In this document: piece after piece, positions 1 through 12,873 of the stretch
Numbering within the stretch: position 1 is the first letter of the stretch
Layout: each line of letters begins with the position of its first letter
Origin: Utricularia gibba
Lineage: Eukaryota > Plantae > Magnoliophyta
Direction of reading: 5' to 3'
DNA length: 64,000 bases
Assembly: GCA_002189035.1 (NCBI GenBank)
Contig: CM007992.1
Location: forward strand, 2,356,001-2,420,000
Notes under the pieces: generated by a model
The model's input: the letters and a program-made list of their open reading frames with translations, nothing else
Database searches by the model: none
Told to the model about the DNA's origin: nothing
Program-made: the position numbers and the translations under genes

Positions 1-735
1 TCGATGGTTTCCATGTAAAAATCTCTGCCTACCCTCATTTCTGTTGATCAAATCGAGCAAATCGCGTAAAACATAACAAGGTGCGATATTTTTGGCTGCA
101 CCTATCACCCAAAAAATCCGCCCCATCTTGGACACCGATTTTCACCCTTAATAGTATCAAAGATCTTATAAAAAACTCAATAATTTCAAAAACAAAACTA
201 GTCGAATTTCGAACAACAATTTTTGCATTCAAACAAGAATAATGCTGGAGTACATTCAGAAAATTTCTTTTAGGAAATCCTGAAGACTTTTATGGCACAA
301 TCAATCAAGATCAAGAAAAAAATCAACTAGTGATCGAAAATTTGTAGAGTTGAAGTAGAAAAGAATTTACCATCTCAAATGAAGTTGAATACAAATTCTG
401 GTGGAGTCTAAATATTAGCATCATGACATTGAAAGCATGAAAAACAAAAACTTGGTAGAGAATTAGTTCAAACTAAAAGTAAGACTAATAAAAGAGACGG
501 ATATGAAGTTATGAAAAATGAGAATGAAATTGAGGTTCCTCCAGAACCAATTAATGTGAATGTGGCTCAACCTTCTTTTTTAGGAAGATTGAACTCGAGA
601 GAGGAACAACATAAGAAAAAGAAAATGTAAGATATTGGGGAATACTCAATTGAAGCTTATGCTTTCGAAATATGCTGATTTGGTGCCAAAGAGTGTAAAA
701 CACTTGAAGTTTCATATAAAAACTAAATTAAGAAA
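1..735 (+). mobile_element. Old Athila-type gypsy remnant (LTR 3' end at about 1-107, gag/protease linker at about 240-735)
   Basis: 240-735 aligns by eye with the gag region of the Athila copy at 4640-5150 (aatgctggag..., gactt/attcatggcacaatcaa, ttaccatctcaa, ccaaagagtgt..aa..acttgaag). 1-107 ends in ...cctatca, like an LTR end. Confidence 0.55.
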
Positions 736-736
736 A

Positions 737-2626
737 TTAATCAATTTCAGAACTCCTTGAGGTGTCGTCATTATCATCCCATTTATCTATCATGATATTT
801 TGTAATCTCAAATCAACAGCTACCCAATCCTTAAAGTAGACGCACACTTCCAATGTGCTATCTGCCAAGCTCTCATGGTGAGGAGTTAGGATGCAGCCAC
901 CTAAACCGAATGCACTCTTACTATCAACAGTGGAAGCTAGTGGTATAAAAACAGCTTTTGCTACTATAGCCAATGTAGGATAAGTAGACATTTGACTCTT
1001 CCACCATACCAATATATACAATTCATCTTTTTTAGACTTTTCCTGGTGGATTGCATTATATAATGCAACTTCACTACCTTTTGAAAGAGTACTTTGAGAA
1101 GCAGACACCATGACATAGAAGTCCTTTGACCCACTAGGCAAATCATTAGCCTCAATATTTGGAAGTCTAAGAGAAATAACATAATCCCAATACATTTTTA
1201 AACCTGCTTGCAAACTAGAAGCCTTCACCCTCGGATCAAGAATGCTAGACACAAGATATAAAATAGGAATATTTCTAAAATATTTTGCAAATTTTTCAAC
1301 TATAGTACAAACAACTTTTGTAAGAAATCTTGTATCAAAACATTTTTTAAAAGCTCTAGAGATACACTAAAGTATGAAACACTAAATGAGTAGTAGTATA
1401 GTATGATCCACTAAGCAAATACGTAAATTTTTCAAAGGTAGATAACAAATCACATAAACATTCACGTTTAGTAAAAATAATAGAATCTAGCTCAATCATA
1501 GGATCAATATGCATCAATATGAAAGATGGAATAATATGGTTGTCAAGTAACATAGAATTAATCATGCAAAGTATAGAATTCCACCTAGTTGAGCAATCAC
1601 CTTTAAAAGTTCTATATGGAATATCTAGAGCTTCACAAACTTGCTTAAACATAGCTCTCTTAGGACTACATTTTTTCATCAACTTAACTAACTTTCTAAA
1701 GGTCCAATAAACATGACTAAAATCATCTAACATAAAAGCATCTTGGACACATAAATTCAATATATGGCAAGCACAAGGAGAATGAAGAAAAGAACCTTGT
1801 TGAATGGGATTCATTGCTGTTTTCAATGCTGAAATTGCAGAAGAATTGTTAGAAGTATTACCAGGAGTTGAAAAAATATGATCAGCAATACGATATTCCA
1901 TACAAATTTTTGCAATTAACTCAGCAATCCTAGCACCTGAATGAGGAGTATCAAAGTGTCTAAAATCCAAAATTCTTTTTTGCATAAGCCACTTATCATC
2001 AATCCAATTAACTATATCTACCATATAATCGTCCCCATTCCCATCATGCCAGCAATCTGTTGTTAATCCAAATTTACATTTCAAAGACTAAAATAGAGAA
2101 ATTAAACAAGCCTTTTTTCCTCAAATTGTTAAAATGCAATTCTAACGTCTTTTCTTCTAGAAAATTGTAAATACTATGACTGCATACGTGTTCTAAAAAA
2201 AGGTTGCATGATTGGATTTTATACTTCAAAAAAAGGACGTTCACAAGCAATTAAAGTAAGCGCATAGGCAACTTGAGTTTTATGCAAATCAAAAGAAAAC
2301 TTTGCAGAAGCAGAAAGATTACCACCTAAAACATTCAAACTACTCTATCTAAGATTTTCCTCCCCATCCTTTACTACCCATCTACCAGGATGTTTATTCA
2401 TAACATGATGATTATAATTTGTAGTTGAACTACCCTTACAGTGCTCATAAGCCTAACGACAATATTTACAAATTTCCATTTTTTTACTGTATCATGCTTT
2501 AAATGCTCATGCCACACACCACCTCCCTTTCCTTATGCTGATGTAGAATCTGTTTGGCTTTCTTCACGAAATGCATATTCATCCACTTCAAGAAAAGGTG
2601 ATGGAGTTGACTGATTCAATGAATCT
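737..2626 (-). pseudogene. hAT (RICESLEEPER/DAYSLEEPER-like) transposase remnant
   Basis: BED finger at about 2390-2530 (VWHEHL..CKYC..H..H), catalytic region 1356-2084 (LTTDCW, CACHILNL, TRWNS) and hAT dimerisation domain 737-1252 (ILVWWK..YPTLA..AK...STV.S.SAF). Contains frameshifts and stops. Confidence 0.9.
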
Positions 2627-3800
2627 TGTGCTACTAAATAAAAATTTGATAAACGAAAAATTTACACGTCGTTAAATGCAAATCTTCCTATTAAATAAAT
2701 TTATAACTTAATATACCTTCAAGCATAAAACAATTATGAGCATAGTGATTAGCGTCGAACACGAAAAGAAGGTGCTTGTCAAGTGATTAGTCAAAGCATG
2801 AAACTAGTGTTACGTTGGTAAAATTTGGTCTTAAGACGATGGAATGTAGTAAAGAAAAGTAACAAGTTTTTGGATTCGGTAGAGTCTGGAATGGAATGGG
2901 TGATGCCTTGGAACTCTTAGGGAATATATGCCTATAACTAAACAAGCTCACCTAAATCATAAATCATACAACTAACTCACAAGATCTAGGTCTACCCGGA
3001 TTCTTGTTTTTCCCCCTAATCTTTGGTCTACCTCTAATTAGGGTTGTTAAGCTGGGTTTCACTACTTCTCCCTCCTGTATCTATCCTGGTTTGTTAGGGA
3101 AGTGGCGTGATTTATGGTTGATTAGGTTTAAGGATGGATTAGCATGATTCTCCCCTTTTTACCCTAAGGCACCCCCGTAAATGCTTAGCCACTCATGATA
3201 AGGTAAAGGAAAACGTTTTCATAGCATATCCTAAGCAACATCCTTGCTTTAAAGCTAAACAACAACGAGCAATATATAGTAGAAGTGGAAAAGACAATTT
3301 GTTCGCGCAGGAAATCCAAATCTAGTCTTAGCTAGGAACAGTAAACATGAAGAACGAAAATAAATTCTCAAAGAGAAGTTGTGTTCTTCTAGTTCGTCGT
3401 TCCCCTTCTTCTTCTTCCTCCAGAAAAATCTCCAGAAACTTGTCGTGAGTCTCCAACGGGAGATCTACCTCCTCTCTCCAACTTTTCCTCCTTTTGTCCA
3501 AATTCTGCCTTTTTTTCCTCCTTAGATTTTGCGTGTACCATTTTTCAGGCTTTTGGCCTTATCTTCTGCCACTACACTGTGCATATTCGGTTCCTAAGGA
3601 TTTGTGTTGCGACCTGCACTGCATTACTTGAATAAAACTATTAGAAGGTTGGAACTAGATCGTAGATTTAGTTCCAACTAAGACTAAAATAACACAATTA
3701 CGGTGCTTATGCGCAAAAATATAAAACTAGGCAATAAAACTAAATTTTTGTAGCACAATATGAATCTTTTCCATCAATCACTCAAAAATATGTGTTATCA
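2627..3800 (-). mobile_element. Gypsy-type solo LTR inserted in the hAT 5' coding region
   Basis: TG..CA termini (TGATAACACA...TAGCACA on -), Athila-like CGTGTTCGAC motif near the 3' end, flanked by ATCT at 2623-2626 and 3801-3804. Confidence 0.65.
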
Positions 3801-3839
3801 ATCTTTAAACTTGTGACACTTGAAGAAAATTCTGTCCAT

Positions 3840-4221
3840 CAGCCTTATTTATTGTGTGTGTGCCATCATGAATTGAGATAGTGGAGTCACTGGTTACATC
3901 TAGCAGAACTTTGGAGTAACCCAAGTTATCACTTTAGCATTCGGATGAAACTTTTTTACTGCTTTTGTACGGATATCATCCTTCCAATGATAGAAGTACC
4001 AGAATTTAGGATCAGTTCGTAGAGGATTTTATGAGGGAAAAATAGGAGATACAAAGAGTCTTTTGAGAAAATTTACAACTCACACGGGAATATATGGAGA
4101 TGTATGCAGATCAAAATAGAACCGAGACAGAGTTCAATGTTAGAGAGATGGTGTATCATATGCTGCAACCTCACCATCTAACTTTCGTGGGCTTAAGAAG
4201 AAATATGAAATTATCACCTCA
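3840..4221 (+). pseudogene. Chromovirus-type gypsy integrase C-terminal remnant (left part)
   Basis: WSHWLHLAELWSNPSYH and MEMYADQNRTETEFNVREMVY..LQP...LRRNMKLSP match the integrase tail consensus (MKxYADxxRxExEFxVGDxVYLKLQPY...KLSPRY). Confidence 0.75.
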
Positions 4222-4637
4222 TGATAGCACACAAATTTTCATGTTTTTAGGATATGAAAATCATGAGTTTTTAATTATGTTTAGTTGTAATTTTATAATA
4301 GTAAGTATTTATATATATAATTTAGGGAAATGTGATTTTTAGTGTGTTGGTGGGCTATATCTTTTGATTTATCCCACCCATGTTCTAACCCAATTTTGAG
4401 TCCAACAGCTACACGAAAATCATGGAAAAGTCAAGGATTTCGTGTAAGTTACCGCGCAGCAGGAAGTAATGAATACACTGTGCTTACAACAATCTGCAAG
4501 TCAGGGACAGGAGCAGCCGAAGTGTTAGAGAATGTACTTGCCTTGGGCAGTGGGAGGCGAGAGAAAGGCAGAGGAGAGAGAATCACAAGGGGAACGCGCG
4601 TTTTTCAGAATACACATAGGGGGATTTTTCCCTCCAA
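4222..4637 (+). repeat. Truncated 5' LTR of the Athila element
   Basis: About 94% identical by manual count (about 25 differences in about 416 nt) to 10626-11040. Runs directly into gag sequence after ttccctccaa. Confidence 0.9.
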
Positions 4638-7600
4638 GGAAATGCTGGAGTTAATTCTGGAAATTCATTGGAGGAAATGTTGAAGACATTCATGGCACAA
4701 TCAATTAAAAATCAATCTGAAAATCAACAAGCAATCCGGAATTCGGAGGTTTAAGTGAGTCAATTGGAAGCAGAGCTTGGGGACTTGAAATAGAAAGGGA
4801 GTTTACCATCTCAACCCAAGCTAAACCCAAATTTCAGTGGAGGGCCGAACATCAGCGCCATGACACTTAGGAGTGGAAAAGAGAAACCTGGACGAGAACT
4901 AGTCCACACTGAGACTAAGGAGAATGAAACAAAGGAGTACGAAGTTGCTGTACAAAGTGAGGATGAAATTGATGTACTACCAGAACCTGCCACAGTGAAG
5001 GTCACCCAGCCTCCTTTTCCAGGAAGGCTGAAGCCGAAAGAAGAGCAAACTGAGAAAGAGAAAATGTTGAAAGCATTGGGAAACACTCAATTAAATTTAA
5101 CTCTCTTGAAGTATATTGATCTTTTTCCAAAGAGTGTTAAATATTTGAAGCAGCTATGTATGTCAAAACCCAACCTGAAGGAGAAAGGTAAGGTGAAATT
5201 GAGTGAAGGCTGCTCGGGACTTCTTACATGGAAACTACCTGAAAAGTGTAAGGATCCGGGTACGTTTTCTATCCCATGCAAAATAGGAGATTTGTGCATC
5301 AGGAGGGCTATGGCAGACCTGGGGGCTTCAATAAATGTCATGTCGAATTATGAGGCACTTAGGTTGGGACCTTTGCAACTATCGGGTGTGCAAATTGAGT
5401 TAGCGGATACGAGAGTGATCTCTCCCAAGGGTTTGGTTGAAGATTTTCTGGTGAAAATTGAGCATCTTATATTCCTAGCTGATTTTTATGTGGTTAACAT
5501 GCCCACTAGAGGATCAAAGGACATGACAATTATTTCGGGAACACCATTCTTGAGCACTTCTAATGCTATCATCAACATGAAGATGGGAACTATTGAGCTT
5601 TCTTTTGATGAAGACAAAATCACACTTGACATAAGGATGTGAAAAATTATACCAGTGATTTTGAGAGCATTTGTGCTGTGGACGTCATGGATAGACTCAT
5701 TGCGGAGCACTTGAAGAAAGAAATTCAAGAAAAAGAAGAGGATCATGAAGTATCTTTATTTGCAAAATTTAAAGTTGAAGAAAAATTCGAGCAATTAAAC
5801 ATGGTGCAAGCCAAGACTAAGGAAGAGAGGTTAGCTGAATTGAAACCGTTGCCTAATCATTTAAAATATGTTTTTCTTGACACAGAGTTCAGGAACCCTG
5901 TTATCATCTCCACTGGTATAAGTTCCAACCAAGAGTTACGACTACTCGAGGTCCTGAACAGAAACAAGAAGGCAATACGTTGTATGCTTGATGACATTGA
6001 GGGGATCTGCCCATCCATATGCATGCACAGAATTTTTCTAGAAGATGGTGCAAAACCAGTTTGTCAACCCCAAAGACGCCTCAACCCAAACATGATGGAG
6101 GTGGTAAGAAAAGAAATTGTTAAACTCCATGATTCAGGAATTATTTACTCTATCACAGATAGTGAATGGGTGAGTCCCATTCATGTGGTCCCCAAGAAGA
6201 CAAGAATGACCGTGGTGGAGAATGAGAAAGGCGAGCTTGTTCCACAATGGGTGCAAAATGGATGGTGCGTTGCATTGATTATCGAAAGTTAAATGAAGTG
6301 ACAAAGTAAGACCATTATCCTTTGCCCTTTTATTGATCAGATGTTGGAAAAATTGATTGGAAAATCGTTTTATTGTTTTTCAAATGGATATTCTCAATAT
6401 AATCAGGTTCGTATTTCAGGACAGAACCAAGACAAGACAGCCTTCATGTGTCCATTTGGAACTTATGCTTATAGGAGGATGCCTTTTGGATTGTGTAATG
6501 CCCCAGCTACATTTCAGATGTGTATGACTAGTATTTTCTCTAATTTTGGTGATGATTTTATTGAAATATTTATGGATGGTTTTACAGTATATGGAGAAAA
6601 TTTTGAGTCATGCTTAGACCATTTAGATCAGGTTTTGAAGAAATGTGTAGAGAAAAATTTGGTTTTAAATTCTGAAAAATGTCATTTTATGGTGGATCAT
6701 GTAATTGTTCTAGACGATGTGATTTCAAAAAAATGAATTGAGATAGATAAGGAAAAAATTGAGATTATGTCTGAACTTCCTTATCCTATTGATGTAAAGG
6801 GTATTAGATCATTTTTTGGCCATGTTGGTTTTTATAGGAGGTTCATTAAAAAAATTTCGAAAAATGTCTTGCCTCTTAGTAGGTTGTTGCATAATGATGT
6901 TGCCTTTAATTTTGATGATGTATGTAAGCAAGCTTTTAATTCTTTGAAAAAGGCTGTTACTACTACACCTGTGTTGCAACCACCTGACTGGAAATATGAT
7001 TTTGAGATCATGTGTGATGCAAGTAATCATGCTGTGGGTGCTGTTTTGGGACAGAAAATTGAAGGAAAGCACCATGTTATCTCTTATGCTTTGAAAACCT
7101 TGGATGAGGCCCAGAAAAATTATATCATCACTGAAAGGGAATTCCTTGTTGTTATTTTTTCTTTGGAAAAATTTCGTTCTTATCTTTTTGGTAGCAAAGT
7201 GGTGCTATACACTGATTATTCAGCAGTAAAGCACTTGATCGAGAAGAAGGACTCCAAACCAAGACTTATCAGATGGGTCCTTCTTGTCCAGGAATTAGAT
7301 GTTGAGATAAAGGACAGGCCTAGAAGGAAGAACCTTGTGGCTGATCATCTCAACAGAATTGAAGGAAGTGAAGAAGATGGAATCATCACTGAAACGTTTC
7401 CGGATGAACATCTATTCTCAGTTCGGACTAATATAGGTGAGCCGTGGTTTGCTGACCTTGCAAACTTTGTTTCAACATGGGTGATGCCACCTAGAATGGA
7501 CTATCATGCGAGGAACAAGTTTAAAAGTGATGCCAAATACTACATATGGGACGATCCATATTTATGGAAGCGATGCAATGATGGTGTCATTCGAAGGTGC

Positions 7601-8747
7601 GTTCTTGAAAATGAGATTAAAAAAAAAATTGATCCTTGTCACGTAGGACCTTTTGGTGGCCACCATGGACCAAATAGAATAGCAAGAAAAATTCTAGATT
7701 GCGGATTTTATTGGCCACATATTTTCAGAGATTGCTACACTTATTGCAAGGGTTGTGAACCATGCCAAAAGGTAGGGAATTTATCAAACCGAAACGAAAT
7801 GCCTACACGGACTGATTTTGGTATGTGAATTATTTGATGTATGGGGTATAGATTTTATTAGACCATTTCCTACTTCAGCAGGTTACAACTACATTTTGGT
7901 TGCGGTTGATTATGTGTCCAAATGGATTGAGGCAATCCCTACACGGACTGATGATGCGAAGACTGTGATTAATTTCTTGCACAACAACATTTTCACGAGA
8001 TATGAAACTCCTAAGGCACTGATCAGTGATAGGGGAACACATTTTTACAATCAGGCCTTAAGGAGTGTCTTGAAGCATTTTAATGTTTGTTACAACTCTT
8101 CTACAGTGTACCATCCACAAACCAATGGACAAACTAAAGTCTCTAACAGGGAAATCAAACAAATTCTAGAGAAAGTTGTGAACCCAAGCAGGAAGGACTG
8201 GAGCATGAGGTTAAAGGATACACTTTGGGCTATACGAACAGCATACAAGACTTCCGTTGGGACTTCACCCTTTCGGTTGATCTATGGGAAGCCTTGTAGA
8301 TTACCAACAGCTTTTGAGCACAAGGCCAAGTGGGCAGTGAAGAAGTTGAACTTGCACAGCAACCTTAGTGCAAGCCACAACAGCAAGCTCCAGCTTTCAG
8401 AACTGGAGGAGTTGAGAAATGACGCGTACGAGAGCTCAAAACTATTCAAGGCTCGGACTAAGAGCTATCAAGATGCGCATATATCAAGCAGAAATTTCAA
8501 GATTGACCAGAAGGTTTTATTATTTCAATCCAAGTTGAAATTGCATCCTAAGAAGCTGAAATCAAGATAGATAGGGCCTTTTGTTATGAAAGAAATTTTT
8601 CTAAATGGTGCTGTGGAGATATTTGATGGAGACTCAAACAAAGGATTTTAGGTAAATGGGCATCGCTTTAAAATTTTTTATGAAAATGCTAACATGATCA
8701 CAGGAAATCTGGAGATGATCAAGCTGATGGATGCTCTAGAAACGTAG
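4638..8747 (+). pseudogene. Athila gag-pol remnant (protease, RT, RNase H, integrase)
   Basis: MTLRSGKE and AMADLGASINVM (protease, 4860-5642); SEWVSPIHVVPKK, RRMPFGLCNAPATFQ, IFMDGF (RT); [16 protein letters not shown] (RH); FDVWGIDF, ISDRGTHF, YHPQTNGQ (INT). Several frameshifts and stops. Confidence 0.95.
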
Positions 8748-8958
8748 CCAAACGAGAAGTCGGGCCCAAGACTATAAACAAGGGCGCTTGTGGGAGGCAA
8801 CCCATGGCTAAGTTTGAATTTCAGCATTTTAATTTCTAGTTTAATGTTGTTATTTTAGGAATTTAATCCATATTTTATGCCACTGGAAAATGATTTTTAG
8901 TGATAAGAGGAGTTATTGATGGGGAGTTACGAAAATCAGACCGTTGAGTTGAGCGGAT

Positions 8959-9687
8959 ATGCTAAACGAAAAATACTTGAAATTTGAGACAGCAGAACAT
9001 GTGGACAGGTCCGGAGAGGTAAAAGGTGCCAAGGCATTACTCTGCCGTCACATTGACTTTATGATTTTATTTGAGTTAAAACTTCCTGCATATGTGGAAC
9101 TGCCATATGAATTTGCCTCGACTTTCACTTACGAAATTCCAGAAACTGTTTTGGAGCCAATTGCTATTTCCTTTCGTTTGATGGGCACTGAATTTTCAAT
9201 TGCATTAGCTGAGTGGAATGTTGCCCTTGGTTTTTGTTTGAAACAGCAAGTAGATTCGCATGATTTTGCTGCTTCTTTATTTGATTATCCAGTAGACTTT
9301 GATGCTGAAGAATTTTATGGGATTTTAAATGATCAGCATGTCATTGAATTCAAGGCAAAGGGAACGAAATCTGAATTGTTTGCTGATCCATTCATGTGTT
9401 AGGTTCATATGTTAGCCACTACAACTCTTTTCGAAAAAAATGTTGGATTTAATGCTCTTTACAAACGTGAATTATTTGTGTTGTGGTGCATTATGAATAA
9501 GCGGTCTCTGAACTTAGGTGCAATGCTTGCTGAACAAATGAATAGGAATTATAGGCATACTAAAATTCAGCAACTAAGCTTTGGTCATATTGTTACGCAT
9601 TTGGTTCATACTCTTTATCCTGAAAAACTGTCTGAACTTGAATTTTTCCATGTTGAGAGACAGTATCATTGGATTCATATTCTTTGA
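8959..9687 (+). pseudogene. Athila env-like / ORF2 additional gene
   Basis: ORFs 8959-9402 and 9409-9687 are in one frame separated by a single TAG. Located between pol and the 3' LTR; contains ELPYEFASTF..., ELFVLWCI...NLGAML...FGHIVTHL, typical of Athila extra ORFs. Confidence 0.75.
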
Positions 9688-10625
9688 AAGTTGCTGGACT
9701 AATCCAAGCCCAAGGAAGTGGGTTTGTTTTTAGATCTTTGGCAGTGCTAGAAGGAAGCGTTATCCCAAGGAAGAAGAAGGAAGACACTGCTGCTCCATCA
9801 AACTGTTTATCCTAAGTCTAGACTTAGAGTCGTGTTTACCGTAGGTTATGTTTAGTAGCAACAAACTCTTTCCGATGCTAAGTGATTGAACATTATAGCT
9901 GCTAGATGAATTATGTTGCATGAGTTTTGTAGACCTTTCTGATACCCGTGAGCATGTTTTTACCTTTTTATTTCATGAGAGCATGTGTAAGACCCGAGGA
10001 ATCTAAGAAGTGTGCTCTAGATTATTTTTATATGAATTGTTGAACTTCATAGTCACTGTGGAACAGGTTGTCAACCACGAAAGATGAGAGGTGAATAAAG
10101 GGTCAAAAAAAAAAATTAAGACCCAAGTCCTAAAAAGCAGCACATATTAAAAGAGCATGTGTGGACTCAATAAGTAGTGAAAGGGTGAGCAGGGAAGGAC
10201 TAATCCGGAGGAGTACGGGGGAGCCTGGTGTTATAAGATGTGAGTGCTTGCCCAACGCTCAGAAAAGAAAACGCAATCACATTATGCTTGGATTAGTCTG
10301 CAACAAGCTGCCCCTTCGTTGCTCAAAAAAAGAAAGAAAAAAAAAGAGAGACGAAAAAAAAAGAGAAAAAATGGGTTGGCAATCGTTGTCCTAAGTGAAT
10401 TTGGAGGGATCACTTCAATAAGATATGATCTTCGAAAACACTCCCTAAGAGGAATCTACTCATGCATATTTGAATGATGAAATGATATGCACACTTGCAC
10501 TTCTCTAACTCATGCACCGAAATTTATTCTCAGTTTTTATGTTCATGACTATTGCTGAAAGAACCAGTTTTCTGTTAGTCTTAGGTAAGACTTGAGGACA
10601 AGTCTAGTGTCGTTGTAGCATAGTG

Positions 10626-12032
10626 TGATACCAAGCAAATTTTCATGTTTTTAGGATATGAAAATCATGAGTTTTTAATTATGTTTAGTTGTAATTTTAT
10701 AGTTTTAAGTATTTATATATATAATTTAAGGAAATGTGATTTTTGGTGTGTTGGTGGGCTAAATCCTTTGATTTAGCCCACCCATGTTCTAACCCAACTT
10801 TGAGTTCAGCAGCTACCCGAAAATCATGCAAACGTCAAGGATTTCGTGTAAGTTACCGCGCAGCAGGAAGTAATGAATACACTGTCCTTACAACAATCTG
10901 CAAGTCAGGGACAGGAGCAGCAGAAATGTTAGAGAATGTACTTGCCTTGGGCAGTGGGAGGCGAGAGAAAGGTAGAGGAGAGAGAATCACAAGGGGAACA
11001 CGCGTTTTTTAGAATACACACGGGGGATTTTTCCCTCCAACATTCAGAAACTCCCAACGGCGGGGAGAACGACTTCTCCACCGACGAACAGCTCGAACAC
11101 GAAGAACACTGACCAAAAGAGAAGAAGAAGAACTTCATTCTCAAGCACAACATTAGAACAAGTTCACCGCTATGGTTCCAATCCAGGAACAGTAGTACAC
11201 GGAAACCAGAACTCTTACTGCTTTATTTTTGTTTGTTTATGTTTTCAGTTTCTGCAACTAACTCTTTCACAATGTTCTTGACATTCTCTCTGTTTTATGT
11301 TAATGTTATTACCTTCAAAGTATGAGTAGCTAAACTCTAGGGGTGTCTTAAGGTGAAGCATAGTGGTATGGGTCTAGGAGTCTTAATAAAATTCACCATG
11401 TTTTCTTAAGTCTTGTTTCTATCAAGCCAGGGTAGACCTAAGGAGGGAAACAAATAGCTTCAAAACTTAGATACTTGATTTAGAGGTAGACCAATAAATC
11501 AAAATGGGAGCAGTAGGTGTTAGTCCGCGGTAGAACCAGCAGAACCAGATAAACCATGTTTTATATGCTTTGCATGCGGATAGTCCTAATTGCAATGTTG
11601 GTGATGATGTGAGGACTAACTTAGCTGAAAATATGATGAATGACCTGGGTAGACTTAGGTTATTCGAAGTTGTGAGTGTAGGAACATGGTAGATTAAATT
11701 TGAGATTTTTTCACCATACCACCTGTAGACCCTTAAGGCACCTTAATATTATTCTGAGTTAGAACCAGTACCTGTTACCTTAGCTTTAAGACCTGACACT
11801 GTTTACTAATCTTGTTTACCACTGTTGGTCCGAGCTTTAGACTAAGACTTACCCGTACTTTGAATCATGCATCTGCTGAAATACATGACAAGCACAAGCT
11901 CCTTGTAATCGACCCTGACATCCACTATAAAAGTTTTCTAAATTTGTATTTTGTGTAGATTAGGGCTTATAAATGTATTTGATACGGAAGTTTGCTTTTA
12001 TTACAACGATATGCTAAAATTTCCGTTTATCA
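10626..12032 (+). repeat. Complete 3' LTR of the Athila element (1407 bp)
   Basis: Starts TGATAC, ends TTTATCA and is followed by the TSD CCTCA. Homologous to the solo LTR at 30720-32190. Confidence 0.9.
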
Positions 12033-12365
12033 CCTCATTACTTCTGTCCCTACCTCATAAAAGGTTGGGCATGTTGCCTAAAAACTTTTGCTTCTCCCCG
12101 GTATCAAAGATGCACCATCCATTCCATATATCTAAGTTGAAGGGAAAGATCAAATTCAAATATGCTCATGAGATTCAAGGTAGTGAACCTAAATTATTGC
12201 AGGATGGTTCGTTTAAATTTTGATCAAATTCAGGCTTTGTCTCATCATGTCATTCCCCTGAAGAAGGGACCAAAAATTTGGGTCTTAATTGAATGGCCAA
12301 ACTCCAAGTTAAGACAACGTACTTGGGTAAGTTTTCATACTTTGCATGCTACAGGATTAAACTGA
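12033..12365 (+). pseudogene. Chromovirus integrase C-terminus/chromodomain remnant (right part)
   Basis: Continues the KLSP..Y..PY motif across the TSD; HPFHISKLKGK (HPVFHVSLLK motif) and VLIEWPNS...RTWVS (chromodomain-like). Confidence 0.7.
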
Positions 12366-12873
12366 GTAACATGTTATGAGTCCTAGGAAGCAAAGAATTA
12401 AGAAGAACTTTGCATCAATGATCAACAAAATGATACAAGAAGAAGTTTGCATCAATGATCAAAAAAATTATACAGGAACACGCAACTATAATTGGGTCCA
12501 ACGATAGATGGAAGTAAATAATAAATGACAAAAGAAACTGTAGTAAGAAAATCATTCCTTGGTATATGCTTCTCTATTCTCCTTCATCTTCTATTTCCCT
12601 TTTTTAGTAGTCCTTCGTCAATTTTCCATCGTTGCTTTTGTTTATTGGTTATTCTTGTTATGGTTGATTTACTCTCATCTATTTTCAATTAAGTTGATCT
12701 GTTTCATTCAAACATCAAATGCTTCAATTTTAAGTAAGTTTTTTTATTGTTGTGACCATGATAAAATCGATCAGAACTGAAGAATGCATGAAATACCTAA
12801 TAAGGAGCAAAATTCCCAATGAGGGGAGGAGTCCCTAAGGGCCATCGCAACAGAAGAAGCACTAACCTATTAA

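Larger units (their letters stand above)
4222..12032 (+). mobile_element. Athila-type Ty3/gypsy LTR retrotransposon, internally deleted and non-autonomous
   Basis: TG...CA termini and perfect 5-bp TSD CCTCA (4217-4221, 12033-12037). Related LTRs at both ends, PR-RT-RH-INT order, extra ORF after pol. Confidence 0.95.

Noticed and set aside
4342-4683. Conserved ORFs 4342-4683 and 10743-11012 as a protein-coding gene pair
   Set aside because: They are the same LTR sequence seen twice; similarity reflects LTR duplication.
12409-12480. About 37-bp tandem duplication TTTGCATCAATGATCAA
   Set aside because: An ordinary slippage duplication with no further structure.
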